From the NCBI GenBank assembly GCA_030390025.1, contig CM059432.1:34536001-34600000 (forward strand): a stretch of 64,000 nucleotides of DNA. Reading direction: 5' to 3'. A model generated the notes under the pieces. It was not told the origin of the DNA, searched no databases, and saw nothing but the letters and a program-made list of their open reading frames with translations. Position 1 is the stretch's first letter. Each line of letters starts with the position of its first letter. This stretch comes from Squalus acanthias. Lineage: Eukaryota. Of this stretch, positions 34,135-46,560 are shown one piece after another. The position numbers and the translations under genes are program-made.

Positions 34135-36920
34135 CCATAGAAACATAGAAGATAGGAGCAGGAGTAGGCCATTCGGCCCCTCGAGCCTGCTCCGCCATTT
34201 AATGAGATCATGGCTGATCATCCAAATACAGTACCCTGTCCCTGCTTTCTCCCCATATCCCTTGATACCTTTAGCCTTAAGAAATATATCTAACTCCTTC
34301 TTGAATATATTTAATGAATTGGCCTCAACTGTCTTCTGTGGTAGAGAATTCCACACGTTCACCACTCTCTGGGTGAAGAAATTCCTCCTCATCTCAGTCC
34401 TAAATGGCTTACCCCTTATACTTAGACTGTGACCCCTGGTTCTGGACTCCCCCGCCATCGGGAACATCCTTCCTGCATCTAGTATGTCTAGTCCTGTTAG
34501 AATTTTATAAGTTTCAATGAGATCCCCTCTCATTCTTCTAAACTCTAGCGAATATAAGCCTAATCGACCCAATCTCTCTTCATACGTCATTCTTGCCATC
34601 CCAGGTATCAGTCTGATGAATCTTCGCTGCACTCCCTCCATGGCAAGAACATCCTTCCTCAGATAAGGCGACCAAAACTGCACACAATACTCAAGGTGTG
34701 GTCTCACCAAGGCCCTGTACAACTGCAGCAAGACATCCTTGCTCCTGTACTCGAATCCTCTCACTATGAAGGCCAACATACCATTTGCCTTCTTAACCGT
34801 CTGCTGCATCTGCATGCTTACCTTCAGCAACTAGTGCACAAAGGCACCCAGGTCTTGTTGCACTTCCCCTTTTCCCAATCTATTGCCGTTCAGATAATAA
34901 TCTGTCTTCCTGTTTTTGCCACCAAAGTGGATAACCTCGCATTTATCCACATTATACTGCATCTGCCATATCACCCAACCTGTCCAAATCATACTGGAGT
35001 TTCTCTGCATCCTCCTCACAGCACACACGCCCACCCAGCTTTGTGTCGTCTGCAAACTTGGAGATATTACATCTAGTTCCCTCGTCTAGATCATTAATAT
35101 ATATTGTGAATAGCTGGGGTCCTAGCACCGATCCCTCCGGTACCCCACTAGTCACTGCCTGCCACTCGGAAAAAGACCCATTTATTCCAACTCTTTGCTT
35201 CCTGTCTGCCAACCAGTTCTCTATCCAAGTCAGTACCTTACCCCCAATCCCATGTGCTTTAACTTTGCACGCTAATCTCTTATGCGGGACTTTATTGAAA
35301 GCCTTCTGAAAGTCCAAATACACCACATCCACTGGTTCTCCCTTATCTATTCTACCAGTTACATCCTCAAAAAATTCCAGTAGATTAGTCAAGCATGATT
35401 TACCTTTTGTAAATTCATGTTGACTTTGTCTGATCCTGTCACTGTTTTCCAAGTGCTCTGCTATTACATCTTTTATAATGGACTCTAGCATTTTCCCCAC
35501 TACCGATGTCAGGCTTACCGGTCTATAATTTCCCGTTTTCTCTCTACCACCTTTTTTAAATAGTGGGGTTACATTAGCTACCCTCCAATCCATGGGAACT
35601 GTTCCAGAGTCTATAGAATTTTGGAAGATGACCAGCAATGCATCTATTATTTCTAGGGCCACTTCCTTAAGTACCCTAGGATGTAGATTATCAGGCCCTG
35701 GGGATTTATCGGCCTTCAATCCCGTCAATTTCCCTAACACCATTTCCCTACAAATACTGATTTCATTCAATTCCTCCCTCTCATTAGACCCTATGTTCCC
35801 CGACATCTCTGGGAGGTTATTTGTGTCCTCCTTTGTGAAGACAAAACCAAAGTATGTATTTAATTGTTATGCCATTTCTTTGTTCCCCGTTATAAATTCC
35901 CCTGATTCTGACTGCAAGGGACCTACGCTTGACTTCACCAATCTTGTGCTCTTCACATATCTATAAAAGCTTTTACAGTCAGTTTTTATGTTCCCTGAAA
36001 GCTTACTCTCATATTCTATTTTCCCCCTCTTAATTAATCCCTTTGTCCTTCTTTGCTGAATCCTAAACTGCTCCCAATCCTCAGGTTTGCTGCTTTTTCT
36101 GGCCAATTTATATGTCCTCTCCTTGGATCTTATGCTATCCCTAATTTCCCTTGTTAGCCACAGTTGAGTCACCTTTTTTGTTTTATTTTTATGCCAAACA
36201 GGGATGAACAAATTATGTAGTTCATCCATGCGATCTTTAAATGTTTGCCATTGCCTATCCACCATCAACCCTTTACGTAATGCTCCCCAATCCATCCTAG
36301 CCAACTCACGCCTCATACCATCGTAGTTTCCTTTATTTAAATTCAGGACCCTAGTTTCTGAGTCAACTACTTCACTCTCCATCTTAATGAAGAATTCTAT
36401 CATATTATGATCGCTCCTCCCCAAGGGGCCTCGCACAAGATTGCTAATTAATCCTTTCTCATTACATAATACCCAGTCTAAGATGGCCTGATCTCTAGTT
36501 GGTTCTCGACATATTGGTCCAGGAAACCATCCCGTATACACTCTAGGAATTCCTCCTTCACAGTATTGTTACTAATTTGGTTAGCCCAATCTATATGTAG
36601 ATTAAAGTCACCCATGATAACTGCTGTGCCCTTATTGCACGCATCTCTAATTTCCCATTTAATGCCATCCCCAACCTCAGCATTACTGTTTGGGGGTCTG
36701 TATACAACTCCCACTAATGTTTTCTGCCCCTTGGTTTTTCTCAGCTCTACCCATACAGATTCCACATCATCAGAGCTAATATCCTTCCTTACTATTGTGT
36801 TAATCTCCTCTTTAACCAGCAATTCTACCCCACCTCCTTTTCCTTTTTGCCTGTCCTTCCTGAATATTGAATACCCCTGGATGTTGAATTCCCAGCCTTG
36901 GTCACCCTGGAGCCATGGAC
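34135..36920 (-). mobile_element. CR1 LINE ORF2 (partial APE + RT), degenerate
   Basis: ORFs 36478-37065 (GDFN), 35867-36541 (SDHN), 34952-35806 (FADD) and 34102-34830; tail CATAGAAACATAGAA. Confidence 0.95.
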
Positions 36921-37091
36921 TATTTTTTTCACATTCACTCCTATTATATACAATCTGAATAGATGAACCCTTCCCATTCATTCTTGTTGTATAGAATTCA
37001 AGGTGGCTTAACTCATTCCCATTTATTACTACTGTATATAATTCCAATTGACCATCTCTTACCATTCACTTCCATGGACCAAATTCTAGGT

Positions 37092-37552
37092 GTCAACCTT
37101 GGCTCAGTGGTAGATTCTCACCTGAGTCAGAAGGTTGTGGGTTTGAGTCCCACTCCAAAGACTTGAGCAGAAAATCCAGGCCAATACACCAGTGCATAGT
37201 ACTGAAGGACTGCTGCACTGACATAGGTGCCTCTTTCAGATGAGATGTTAAACTGTCGCCTCGTCTGCCGTTTCAGGTGGATGTAAAAGATCCCATGACA
37301 CTATTCAAAGAAGATCAGGGGATTTCTCCTGGTGTCCTGCCCAACATTTATCCCTTAACCAACATCACTAATACAGATTATCTGGTGATTATCTTAGTGC
37401 AGTTTGTGGGACCTTGCTGTGAGCAAATTGGCTGCTGTATTTCCCTACATTACAAAGTGACTTCACTTCAAAAGTACTTGATTGGCTGTGAAGCGCTTTG
37501 GGACGTCCTGAGGTCGTGAAAATGGGCTATATAAATGCCAGCCCTTTCTTTC
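37092..37552 (+). mobile_element. Full-length Deu-domain tRNA SINE (SacSINE1-like)
   Basis: A box TGGCTCAGTGG, B-box-like GGGTTTGAGTCCC, Deu core, tail GCTATATAAATGC. Confidence 0.85.
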
Positions 37553-37859
37553 ACCTTCTGACATTAAATGGAGGAATCATATTTGAATTAAAATCCAAGC
37601 ACATCCTACAGACAAGGAATGGAGATGGCGGAGAAACGAGGAGATTAGATATTCATCCTGATGGCAAAGAGACCGGTTTCCCCGAGAGAATTAATTTCAT
37701 TTTCTGCCCATGAACTGGGAGGAGAAGGGAGGCGTGTGCCGTCTGCCGATTCCTTGTCACTTTCACTCCGCCCAGAGTCTGACTCGGTCGGTTTCACTGA
37801 AACAACTAGAGAGAGGATGCAGAAGAATTGGGGTTTGTTTCTCTAACGAGAAGCTTTCA

Positions 37860-38181
37860 AAAAAAGTGGGGGCGAGAGAGCGAGCGCGAGGGGGGGATGA
37901 AAAATAAACTGAGCGGAAAGATGGACTGCCTCTACCTATTGCATATAACGTTCTGAAGACTAAAATTGAAAGGGATTCTGAATGATTGGTTTCAGACACA
38001 CAGCCGCAGCTGGAGCCAGACGGAGCGTTAGAAGAAATCTCTTTAGATTGTCAACTTGATACACAGCCTCCTCCAAAAAAAAAGGCGATTTGCAGCCTCT
38101 TCTTTTGAACACTGAAGATATTTATTATTTATTAATAAATAGCCCGTTGCCGGGAGGAGGAGAGGAATCCCCCAGACGCAG
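37860..38181 (+). promoter_or_regulatory. Probable promoter and non-coding exon 1 of the CDK5R gene; predicted intron 38182-38716
   Basis: TE-free and CpG-containing; inverted CCAAT near 37984; donor CAG|GTGAGA at 38181; polypyrimidine tract + AAG acceptor at 38716. Confidence 0.55.
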
Positions 38182-38786
38182 GTGAGATGCATGAATTTAT
38201 TACAATTATTTTTTTTTTAACCGGCCAGCTCTTGGTGCAAACAATTGTGTGTGGGTTTTTCTTTTGTGTGTAAAGGAGTTTGCATTTATTAAGTGGAGCA
38301 AGGTCGATCATGTACCGGGGCTCAGAACCGAAGATATATTTAAAAGATACCCATCTAGTGGGGCTATCGAATTGCATTGCATGTGTGTAATTTTTGCTAG
38401 ACTTTTAACCAATTTCGCCATGTAGGCGGGCAGATGCTGGAGACGCAAATTGATGCTAATCCAGAAATCGTTCAGCTATCGGTGGATTTGTATTGCCTTT
38501 CTCTCAAATGAGCGGCTGATTGCTATTTATATGTACATGCTTTCTGACCAGACAGTGCCGGTTGGGTTTCTGGCGGAGGGTAATTTGCAAGTTCCCTAGG
38601 ATTTGCATGGGTGATGATTCTGCTAATTTGTTTTTTTGGAATGCATTAAAATCGTGAGCAGCTGAACGGCAGAGATTTGCACGAATTAATCGAGCTATTT
38701 TTGCCTCCCCTTAAAGGAGCCGTTTCCCCCTCCTCGAGTGTTGGATTTATAATCCCTAGACATTGGTTGCAAACGATCGGGGTAGA

Positions 38787-39695
38787 ATGGGTACTGTCTT
38801 GTCTCTGTCTCCCGGCTCTCGGAGATCTAGTATATTTGAGGATGGTGCCGACTCCAAGTCTTTGGGTCACTACCACGCTATTCAAAGTGCCAAGAGCAAC
38901 GGCCCGAAGGAGAAGAGCCTGAAGCGCCACTCCATCTTTATCCCAGCCTTGACTTGGAAGCGGCTGGTAGCTTCAACCAAGAAGAAAAGCTCCAGAAAGT
39001 CCAACCCGAGTAACTATCATCACCAGAATGACGTGGTCCACCTCAACAGTGAAAATGTGAAAAAGTCTCTCTCCTGTGCCAACCTTTCCAGCTATGAACT
39101 CCAGGTGCCCGGTGACCCCTTGAGCACCAAGCAGCTCTCTTCCATCAAGAAGGCCTCGTCCCACAACAGTGGAGCAGGATCTCCCAAACGTGTCGTCGTC
39201 CAGGCGTCTACCAGTGAATTATTGAAGTGTCTGGGAGAATTCCTTTGCCGGCGGTGTTACAGGCTGAAGCACTTGGCTCCGACAGATCCGGTCCTTTGGT
39301 TGCGCAGTGTTGACCGCTCCTTGTTGCTCCAAGGTTGGCAGGACCAGGCATTCGTCACCCCGGCCAACGTGGTCTTTGTCTACTTGCTTTGTAGAGATGT
39401 CATCGACGGGGACCAGGTGGCCACAGAGCATGACTTGCAAGCCACCCTCTTGACCTGCCTCTATCTGTCCTACTCCTACATGGGCAACGAGATCTCCTAC
39501 CCGCTGAAGCCTTTTTTGGTGGAGAGCGCCAAGGATGCTTTTTGGGACCGGTGCCTTCGCATCATTGACACCATGAGTACCAAGATGCTCCAGATCAACG
39601 CGGATCCTCATTATTTCACGCAGGTCTTTGCGGATCTGAAAAACGAAGGAAGTCGAGATGACTTTAGCAGGATCTCCGTTACTTTAGATCGGTGA
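38787..39695 (+). CDS. CDK5R1: Cyclin-dependent kinase 5 activator 1-like (p35 family), 302 aa, uninterrupted CDS
   Basis: MGTVLSLSP myristoylation N-terminus, [49 protein letters not shown]-terminal LDR. The real ATG is at 38787; the ORF track starts 8 codons early. Exact paralog identity uncertain. Confidence 0.95.
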   Translation: MGTVLSLSPGSRRSSIFEDGADSKSLGHYHAIQSAKSNGPKEKSLKRHSIFIPALTWKRLVASTKKKSSRKSNPSNYHHQNDVVHLNSENVKKSLSCANLSSYELQVPGDPLSTKQLSSIKKASSHNSGAGSPKRVVVQASTSELLKCLGEFLCRRCYRLKHLAPTDPVLWLRSVDRSLLLQGWQDQAFVTPANVVFVYLLCRDVIDGDQVATEHDLQATLLTCLYLSYSYMGNEISYPLKPFLVESAKDAFWDRCLRIIDTMSTKMLQINADPHYFTQVFADLKNEGSRDDFSRISVTLDR

Positions 39696-42110
39696 CTGAT
39701 GGCGAAAAAAGCTTCAATCTGATCTCTCCCAGTGGGTAACTCGTTAGAAAGAGTTGCTGCCGGTATCTTTAAATAAACGAAGTTGAATTTAAAGAGTGTT
39801 CCTCCTTTTGGCTTTCACAGGAAGCTTCTGCGATCATTTAACACTGAAAATGTTGGCCCCCTTTTTTTGCTTAAAGGGGTATCATCTTTGGACGGAAAAA
39901 TGATAATTACGATTTTCCTCTTGAGGCCGGGTGCAATGACCTAAATGGGTATCTGTACAATGCTTTTTCCAACTGTGTTTTTGCATGGGAACCTCTCTAA
40001 ATGTTAATCTAGGCACTCCTGAGGATCTGCCCCTTTCAAATATTGATACCTTGCTGGGGCTTTCCTTCCCCCTTCCATTTTCTAAAACCGTGCCAGTTAC
40101 TCAAAGGGAAACAGTGCCATGATTGCAGAAAGAAATGCAATTAATAGATAGATAGAAGCAACAAGGCAACCTGTACAGAAAACTGATAACTTTACAGACC
40201 ACCTGGTTCACCATAGGATCAGGGAACTATGGAAAAATTATGGTGTTTTGGTGATGGAAATCTCTCTCTCTAAACGGTCCCACTCAGTATTTATATTTAA
40301 AAAAAGTGTCCCGTTTTTCTAAATATTTTTTTTATATAAATGAGAAAGCTGCTATCTATTGTGAAGATAATCTCTCAACACTTAATGAGGCCATAGGCAG
40401 GCAGGTACAATGTGTTTTTTTTACCCTGCCCTTTGCCCCTCAACTCACTTCCTGTTGTGGTGTTGGGTAACTCCCCTGCCTTTTCCCTTTTCACCTCACC
40501 CCCTCCCAAATTAATGTCGTGGAAAATGAGGCTGGCAGCAGGGGAATCTGAACTAGGCCTCTGTGAAAACCTCTGTCCTATAACTTGCAACACTAGGAGG
40601 GGAAGCTATATGGTTTCTTATCAAATGTCTGCAGGGTGGAGTGTCTTTTGTATTATGGTGATCATCATTTGCAAAGTCTAGGGTTGCCAACTCCAGTTGG
40701 ATATATTCCTGGAGGTTTCATCACATGACTCCCGCTTCCAGCAGCCCCGTCCAGTCAAATAGCCTCTTTTCCCCATCTCTGGTATTCTTGCAACTAACTA
40801 AATCAGTGTTCAAAGAAAATGGGGAGGGGCGAAACGCTTTGCCCTAATGATTTTTCTGGGGGGTTGCTCACAGCAGTCAGGAGATTAATCTTTAATGTCG
40901 TCTGGAGAGTCCAGGACAAACCCTGGAGGTTTGGCAACCCTGAATGCTAACTATGTTTTGGCAGAGGAAGAAGAGGGAAAGGGAACTCACCAGAGCCATA
41001 AGCTGGGCGCTTGTAAATAGCTTGATTATCCATTCTGAACGTGGTGGAAAATTACCTTTTTTTAAAAAAAAAAAGGGTCTGAGCCACAAGCACCTGACCC
41101 GATGACTGGTACGCTTTGGTGATGTCGCTCACATAGTTTACAAAAAATATATAAATCTGTATGAAACTTTCTATGGGTTTTTTAAATTAAAAAAAAAAAA
41201 AATCAATGGGTCAAAAATATTCAAAACTAGCAGAGCTTCTGTGGAATTGCTCATGGGGTCTCTGATGTTTAGCTGGTAAAATGGAGCTGTGTATAACAGG
41301 GCTAGTCCCTTTTAAAACCAATGCTTGAGTATTCCCTGTGGAGAAATAGGCACCTTCTAGTCATTGTAGCTGCTTGTAAAATTTTTGACTCCGAGTCAGG
41401 AGAACCCAGCATCAATCTTTGAGGTGGACTGCTTTCCTTTCTCTATTTGCCTTGCATCTGCAGCCAAATGAGAGATGCATGCTGGACATGAGCCTCTTCT
41501 GATTTACAGGTAGCGAGATCCTCCCTCAGGCTTGTTGCTGGGCAGAGATTTACAGGTTTTTTTTTTGGTGGGGGCGGGGCGCAACAGGAACATCTTGGGA
41601 CCACCGTTTTCCCAGTAAGATGTTCACTCATGAAATAGAAAAGGGAAGCTACCTATGAAAGTGAATAAAATCGGAGGAAACCTTTTGTGGCCCTACGACT
41701 TTCCAAGAGGAGTCGGCTAGGCCAATGCTGCTAATAAATTCTGGAATATTCTATGTAAATATAATGCTACTGTGATGGTGAGCATGCGAGCATTTATATT
41801 GGAGAGCTTTTTTATTTAAATTATGTTGTAAATGTAAACTAACTTATAACCATCTCTCTCAAACCTCTTTGCCAGTATTGGGGAGTAGGTTATGTTTGTC
41901 AGTGTTATTTAATTTTTTTTTCTTCTCTTCTGTGAGCTGGTGGCGTATGGAATAATTTTGAAGTTTGAGCCCCTCCTTGCACCTTCCACCTTTTGTGGGT
42001 TCAGACTGACTGAGGGTGTATTTAAAAAAGAACCTTGCTTGTTTAAACTACTGCTTCATTTCTGAGATGTTATGTATAGAATACAAAAGTGTTCAAGACG
42101 GTTGGACCTT
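39696..42110 (+). other. Probable long AU-rich 3' UTR of the CDK5R gene
   Basis: TE-poor with U-rich blocks. AATAAA at 41733; AATACA at 42080 is followed by GT/T-rich sequence. Confidence 0.55.
40679..40942 (+). mobile_element. hAT-type MITE in the putative 3' UTR
   Basis: TIRs AGGGTTGCCAA / TTGGCAACCCT; homologous to 3602-3923. Confidence 0.75.
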
Positions 42111-42648
42111 GTAACCCAAAAAAGTGTGCATGTCTCAACTTATTTTGTTTTTGCTGTTTACTTTCCACTTCTTTAATCAACCAGGAAGGCTGAAATTAGC
42201 AGGAAAAATTCAAACGCTGGGACTCTGGAATATAAACCGGAAATTTGGAGAAAGTCTGTGAACATCTGAATGAGAATATTCTCGGAGATTTGCTGGAATG
42301 ATTTCTACCAGCCCCCTTATGTTTTCAGATGTGTTGCAGCTCCAGAGTTGTGCTGTTTCTTTTAATGGGGGGGGGGTGAAAAATATTTGCCAAATCTGTG
42401 TTTACATGTGACCCATCATGCCTGTGCTAGGCTTTTGCTACAGCAATCCCAAACTAATCCCGCTGCCCTGCTTGCCTGCCAGCCCTGCACCATCTTCTCT
42501 TCAAATATTTATTAGCACACTTATCTGTTCCCCTTTTTCCTTCAATCCCTTTTCCATCATCTACCTATCCAATCTAACTTTAAATGTTGACACAGTTTCT
42601 GCCTCAACTATTAACCCTGAAAGTGAATTCCACAGCCCCACAACTCTA

Positions 42649-43098
42649 AAGAAAAGAAAGACTTGCATTTATATAGCACCTTTCACAACCACCGGACGTC
42701 CCAAAGCACTTTACAGTCAATGAAGTACTTTTGAAGTGTAGTCACTGTTGTAATGTAGGAAACGCAGCCAATTTGCGCACAGCAAGCTCCCACAAAAAGC
42801 AATGTGATTATGACCAAATACACTCTCTCTTTGTTATGCTGATTGAGGGATAAATACTGGCCAGAACACCAGGGATAACTCCCCTGCTCTTCTTAGAAAT
42901 AGTGCCATAGGATCTTTTACATCCACCTGAGAGGCCAGGTGGATGTAAACATGTTTAACATGTTTAACATCTCATCCGAAAGACCACACCTCTGATAGTG
43001 CAGTACTGCACTGGCGTGTCAGCCTAGATTTTTGTGCTCAAGTCTCTGGAGTGGGACAAGAACCCACAACCTTCTGACTCCGAGGCGAGAGTGCTACC
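42649..43098 (-). mobile_element. Deu-domain tRNA SINE inserted in an old CR1 fragment (about 42410-43215)
   Basis: Head, Deu core and tail are all on the minus strand; CR1 sequence flanks both sides. Confidence 0.85.
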
Positions 43099-44499
43099 AA
43101 CTGAGCCACGGCTGACACTGTTGCTCCTGTTCTCTGTTCTAAATCTCTTCCATTTAATCTTGTATCTATGGCCACTCATTCTGAACCCCTCACCTATTGG
43201 AAATATTCTGCTACCATCTTGGTGAGACATGCAGCTCTTACGTCATTGATCAAGATGATGTTTGTCGGACTTCTCTCAACTCCCCCTCTTAACGGAGATG
43301 GCGTTCCTTTTAAACTGTTCAAAGAAAAGCAAGGAGTCCCCCAGTGCTCTGGTCAACCTTCTTCCCTCAACCAATGCCCACCAACAAAAAAAAGTGAAGT
43401 AGTTATTCATTTTGTTGCTGTTTTGTATTGCGGTCTGACAAAGATTTCATTGCTTCACTAAAATCTTTGGAGGCATCTTGACAATATGATGAAGCTTATT
43501 TTTTTGATCTTCTCGGGCTGTGTTTTTAATATTGACTTCTTGCCGTGCTAGAACAGTAGCTCCCGAGGGGTGATCCTAGAACGATCCCAAATTAAAATTG
43601 CAGGATTTGTTAATTGGAGCCAATTGAAGAACTGACTTTTTTTTTTATTTAAAAAAAAAAGTTGGGAGTTTCCTTGGAACTTCTCCCGATCCGACGACTT
43701 AATTTTGTTGGAAACTCCACTTGTGCGCATAAATGGGGTTTCGCCAAACTTCAGCTAAAGTTACGGCAGCAGAGGGGGAGGGGGTCTAAGGAATTTCACC
43801 CATACTGGGTCCACTTGGCCGTTGGCCTTGGGGAATATGGACATAGGAACAGGAGTCGGCCATCCAGCCCCTCGAGCCTGCTCCGGCGTTCAATTAGACC
43901 ACGGCTGATCTGTACATCAACCTCATTTACCTGCCTTTGCTCCCTATCCCTTGATACCCTTACCCAACAAAAATCTATCCATCTCAGTTTTGAAAATTTC
44001 AATTGACTCAGCATCCTGAATCTGGTAGGTTTACTGGTTGCTAGTGGCATAAAACCAATAGAACAATAGCTTAAAATAGGCAACTTGATGCCATTTACTC
44101 TACAAGATGCCAAGGCTTCTTCAACAGCACCTCCCAAACCCACGACCTCTACCACCTAGAAGGACAAGGGCAGCAGGTGCTTGGGAACACCACCACCTCC
44201 AAGTTACACACCATTCTGACTTGGAAATATATCGCCGTTCCTTCATCGTGGCTAGTCAAAATTCTGGCACTCTCCCTAACAGCACTATGGGAGTACCGTC
44301 ACCACACAGACTGCAGCGGTTCAAGAAGGCAGCTCACCACCACTTTCTCGGGCAATTAGGGATGGGCAATAAATGCTGGCCTTGTCAGCGACGTCAATAT
44401 CCAGGAACAAATTTTTAAAAAAAAAAACTAGAGTATGGTTGGAAATATGTGGTTAGAGGGCATATCAACTGGAAGAATATAGATGGCTAGATAATGGGC

Positions 44500-44840
44500 T
44501 AAGGTAGTGTAGTGGTTATGTTACTAGGTTAGTAATCCAGAGGCCTGGACTAATAATCCAAAGAACATAAGTTTATAATCTCACCATGGCAGTTTGAGAA
44601 TTTAATCTGGAAAATAAAAAGCTGATATCAGTAAAAGTGACCATGAAACTGATGGATTGTCGTAAAAACTCAACTAATGTCCTTTTTAAGGATGGACAAC
44701 CTGATGTCCTCACCCAGTCTGGCTTGTATGTGACTCCAGTCCCACACCAATGTGGTTGACCCTTACAGCTGGGTGGCTTGCCAGGTATTTATCAAACTGC
44801 TCAGGGCAAGTAGGGATGGGCAATAAATGCTGGCTTTGCA
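44500..44840 (+). mobile_element. tRNA-headed SINE matching the 5' head and 3' tail of the 4461-7682 LINE
   Basis: GGTAGTGTAGTGGTTATGTTACT..AGTAATCCAGAGGCCTGGACTAAT head and CAGGGCAAGTAGGGATGGGCAATAAATGCTGGC tail. Confidence 0.85.
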
Positions 44841-46363
44841 ATTAAAGTGTAGTTTTGAACATTCCACTTAAAGACTTGAATACAGTGTGGGTTCCAGTTG
44901 GGGGAGAAATGGAGGCTTCCTCTCACCTGAGTAATGTTAGCAGGTCTGAATGAACTGATTCTAGTTACCAGTGTGCACGTGTCTGCTGTTCAAAGATAAC
45001 CTCAGAATAGTACTGCACTGATTCAAAATGCTCCCAAAGGTCTAAAATGTGCAAGACAGAGAGTGGTGATTCTGATCTGAACGCTTAATGCATTTGTCCT
45101 GTTTCCTGTGCACCCCCATGGGTTGATGTTTGTGTAACATAGCACAGATGGAAATCTAGTGTGACTGCATTCAAGGTTCAGATGTGAAGTTTGCTGATTG
45201 TAACTTCTACCCTCCAATGTTAAGTGAGTTTTGCAATTTTTCTTTACTTGATTGGTTAAACACAAAGGTCGGTCTTGAAGCCCACAGCAGAATAGGTGGA
45301 TAAAGTATAAAACCCAGCTTTTATTTTCAATGGATGGAAAAAGTGTTCTAATGTCGCTGCCTGTGATAGAGAAATAAATAGTGGGATTCCATCCCAGACT
45401 GTGACACATTTGACTCTCCTTCCTCTTCCCACTCCTTGGCTTCAATTCTCTCTCCTCCTCCTGTCCAAAAGGTGCTGACGTGCCTGGCTACAGTGTCACA
45501 TATGCTGGCTGATCCTTCAGTAGCTTGTCCAAGTGGCTATTCTTTGTCTGCATCCTTGGAGATTGAGCGGTGATTGGCTGTTCCATTGCAGCCGACATTG
45601 CAGTGGAGTTCATGCAAGATCCAAAGTTCAGAAATGTACACGTTTATTGGAACAGGAGTAGGCCATTCAGCCCCTTGAGCCTGTTCTGCCATTGAATTAA
45701 ATCATGACTAATCTGTACCTCGACTCCATTTACCTGCCTTCGCTCCCTATCCCTTGATACCCTGACCCAACAAAAAGCTATTGATCTTGGTCTTGGAAGC
45801 TCCAATTTTCCCAGCATCAGTTCCAGATTTCTACTACCCGAGCAGAGTGTCACTGGATAGCAATTGGGAGCAGAGATTCTGGTTGACATATTCCCTGGAC
45901 AAAACCAGCAGCCTAGCCAAGATCGGCCAACTTGACACGGATTGTTGCTCATCTGAATACCTGTCTGCTGAGGCTCCTTCTGAATTATTTCTTGATTGAA
46001 GCCAGTCAATCCTGTTACTGTTTTAAATTGCTCCTTCACATACTGACTATGACAAAAGGAGTTATAGAATCACCAGCAATGAAGGAGACTATTCGGCTCA
46101 TCGTGCCTGTGCCAGCTCTTTGAAAGACCTGTCCAATTAGTCCCACTCCCCTGCTTTTTCCAACTCCCTTTTGAAAATTACTGTTGAATCTGCTGACACC
46201 ACCTTTTCAGACAGTGCATTCCAGATCATCATAACAAATTTCTCCTCTTTCTCCCTTCTAGTTCTTTTATCAATTATTTTAAATCTGTGTCCTTTGGTTA
46301 CTGACCCACCTGCCAATGGAAACAGTTTCTCATTTGATCAAAACCCCTTAATTTTCATATATG

Positions 46364-46560
46364 GGGTACATTAGCATAGTGGACTAGCACATTGTCATTT
46401 TGACCTCTGGCACCTGAGTCTGCATCCACTCTATCAGTGGGGTCAAGATCTCTCCTCTCTGCTGGTCGTAAGATCCTGCATGAGATGCATTTGAGGTCAT
46501 CTTAACTCAGTTGCTAATGAAGCAACACACAATGCCCCTATTGTCACTAAATTGATCATA
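46364..46560 (+). mobile_element. Old SINE fragment resembling LF-SINE
   Basis: TAGCATAGTGG head, GACCTCTGG..CCTG, CAGTTGCTAATG and ATTGTCACTAAATTG blocks resemble the recalled consensus. Confidence 0.4.

Noticed and set aside
38763..38786. N-terminal extension MVANDRGR of CDK5R
   Set aside because: Starts at a TTG; the conserved myristoylated MGTVLS start is at 38787.
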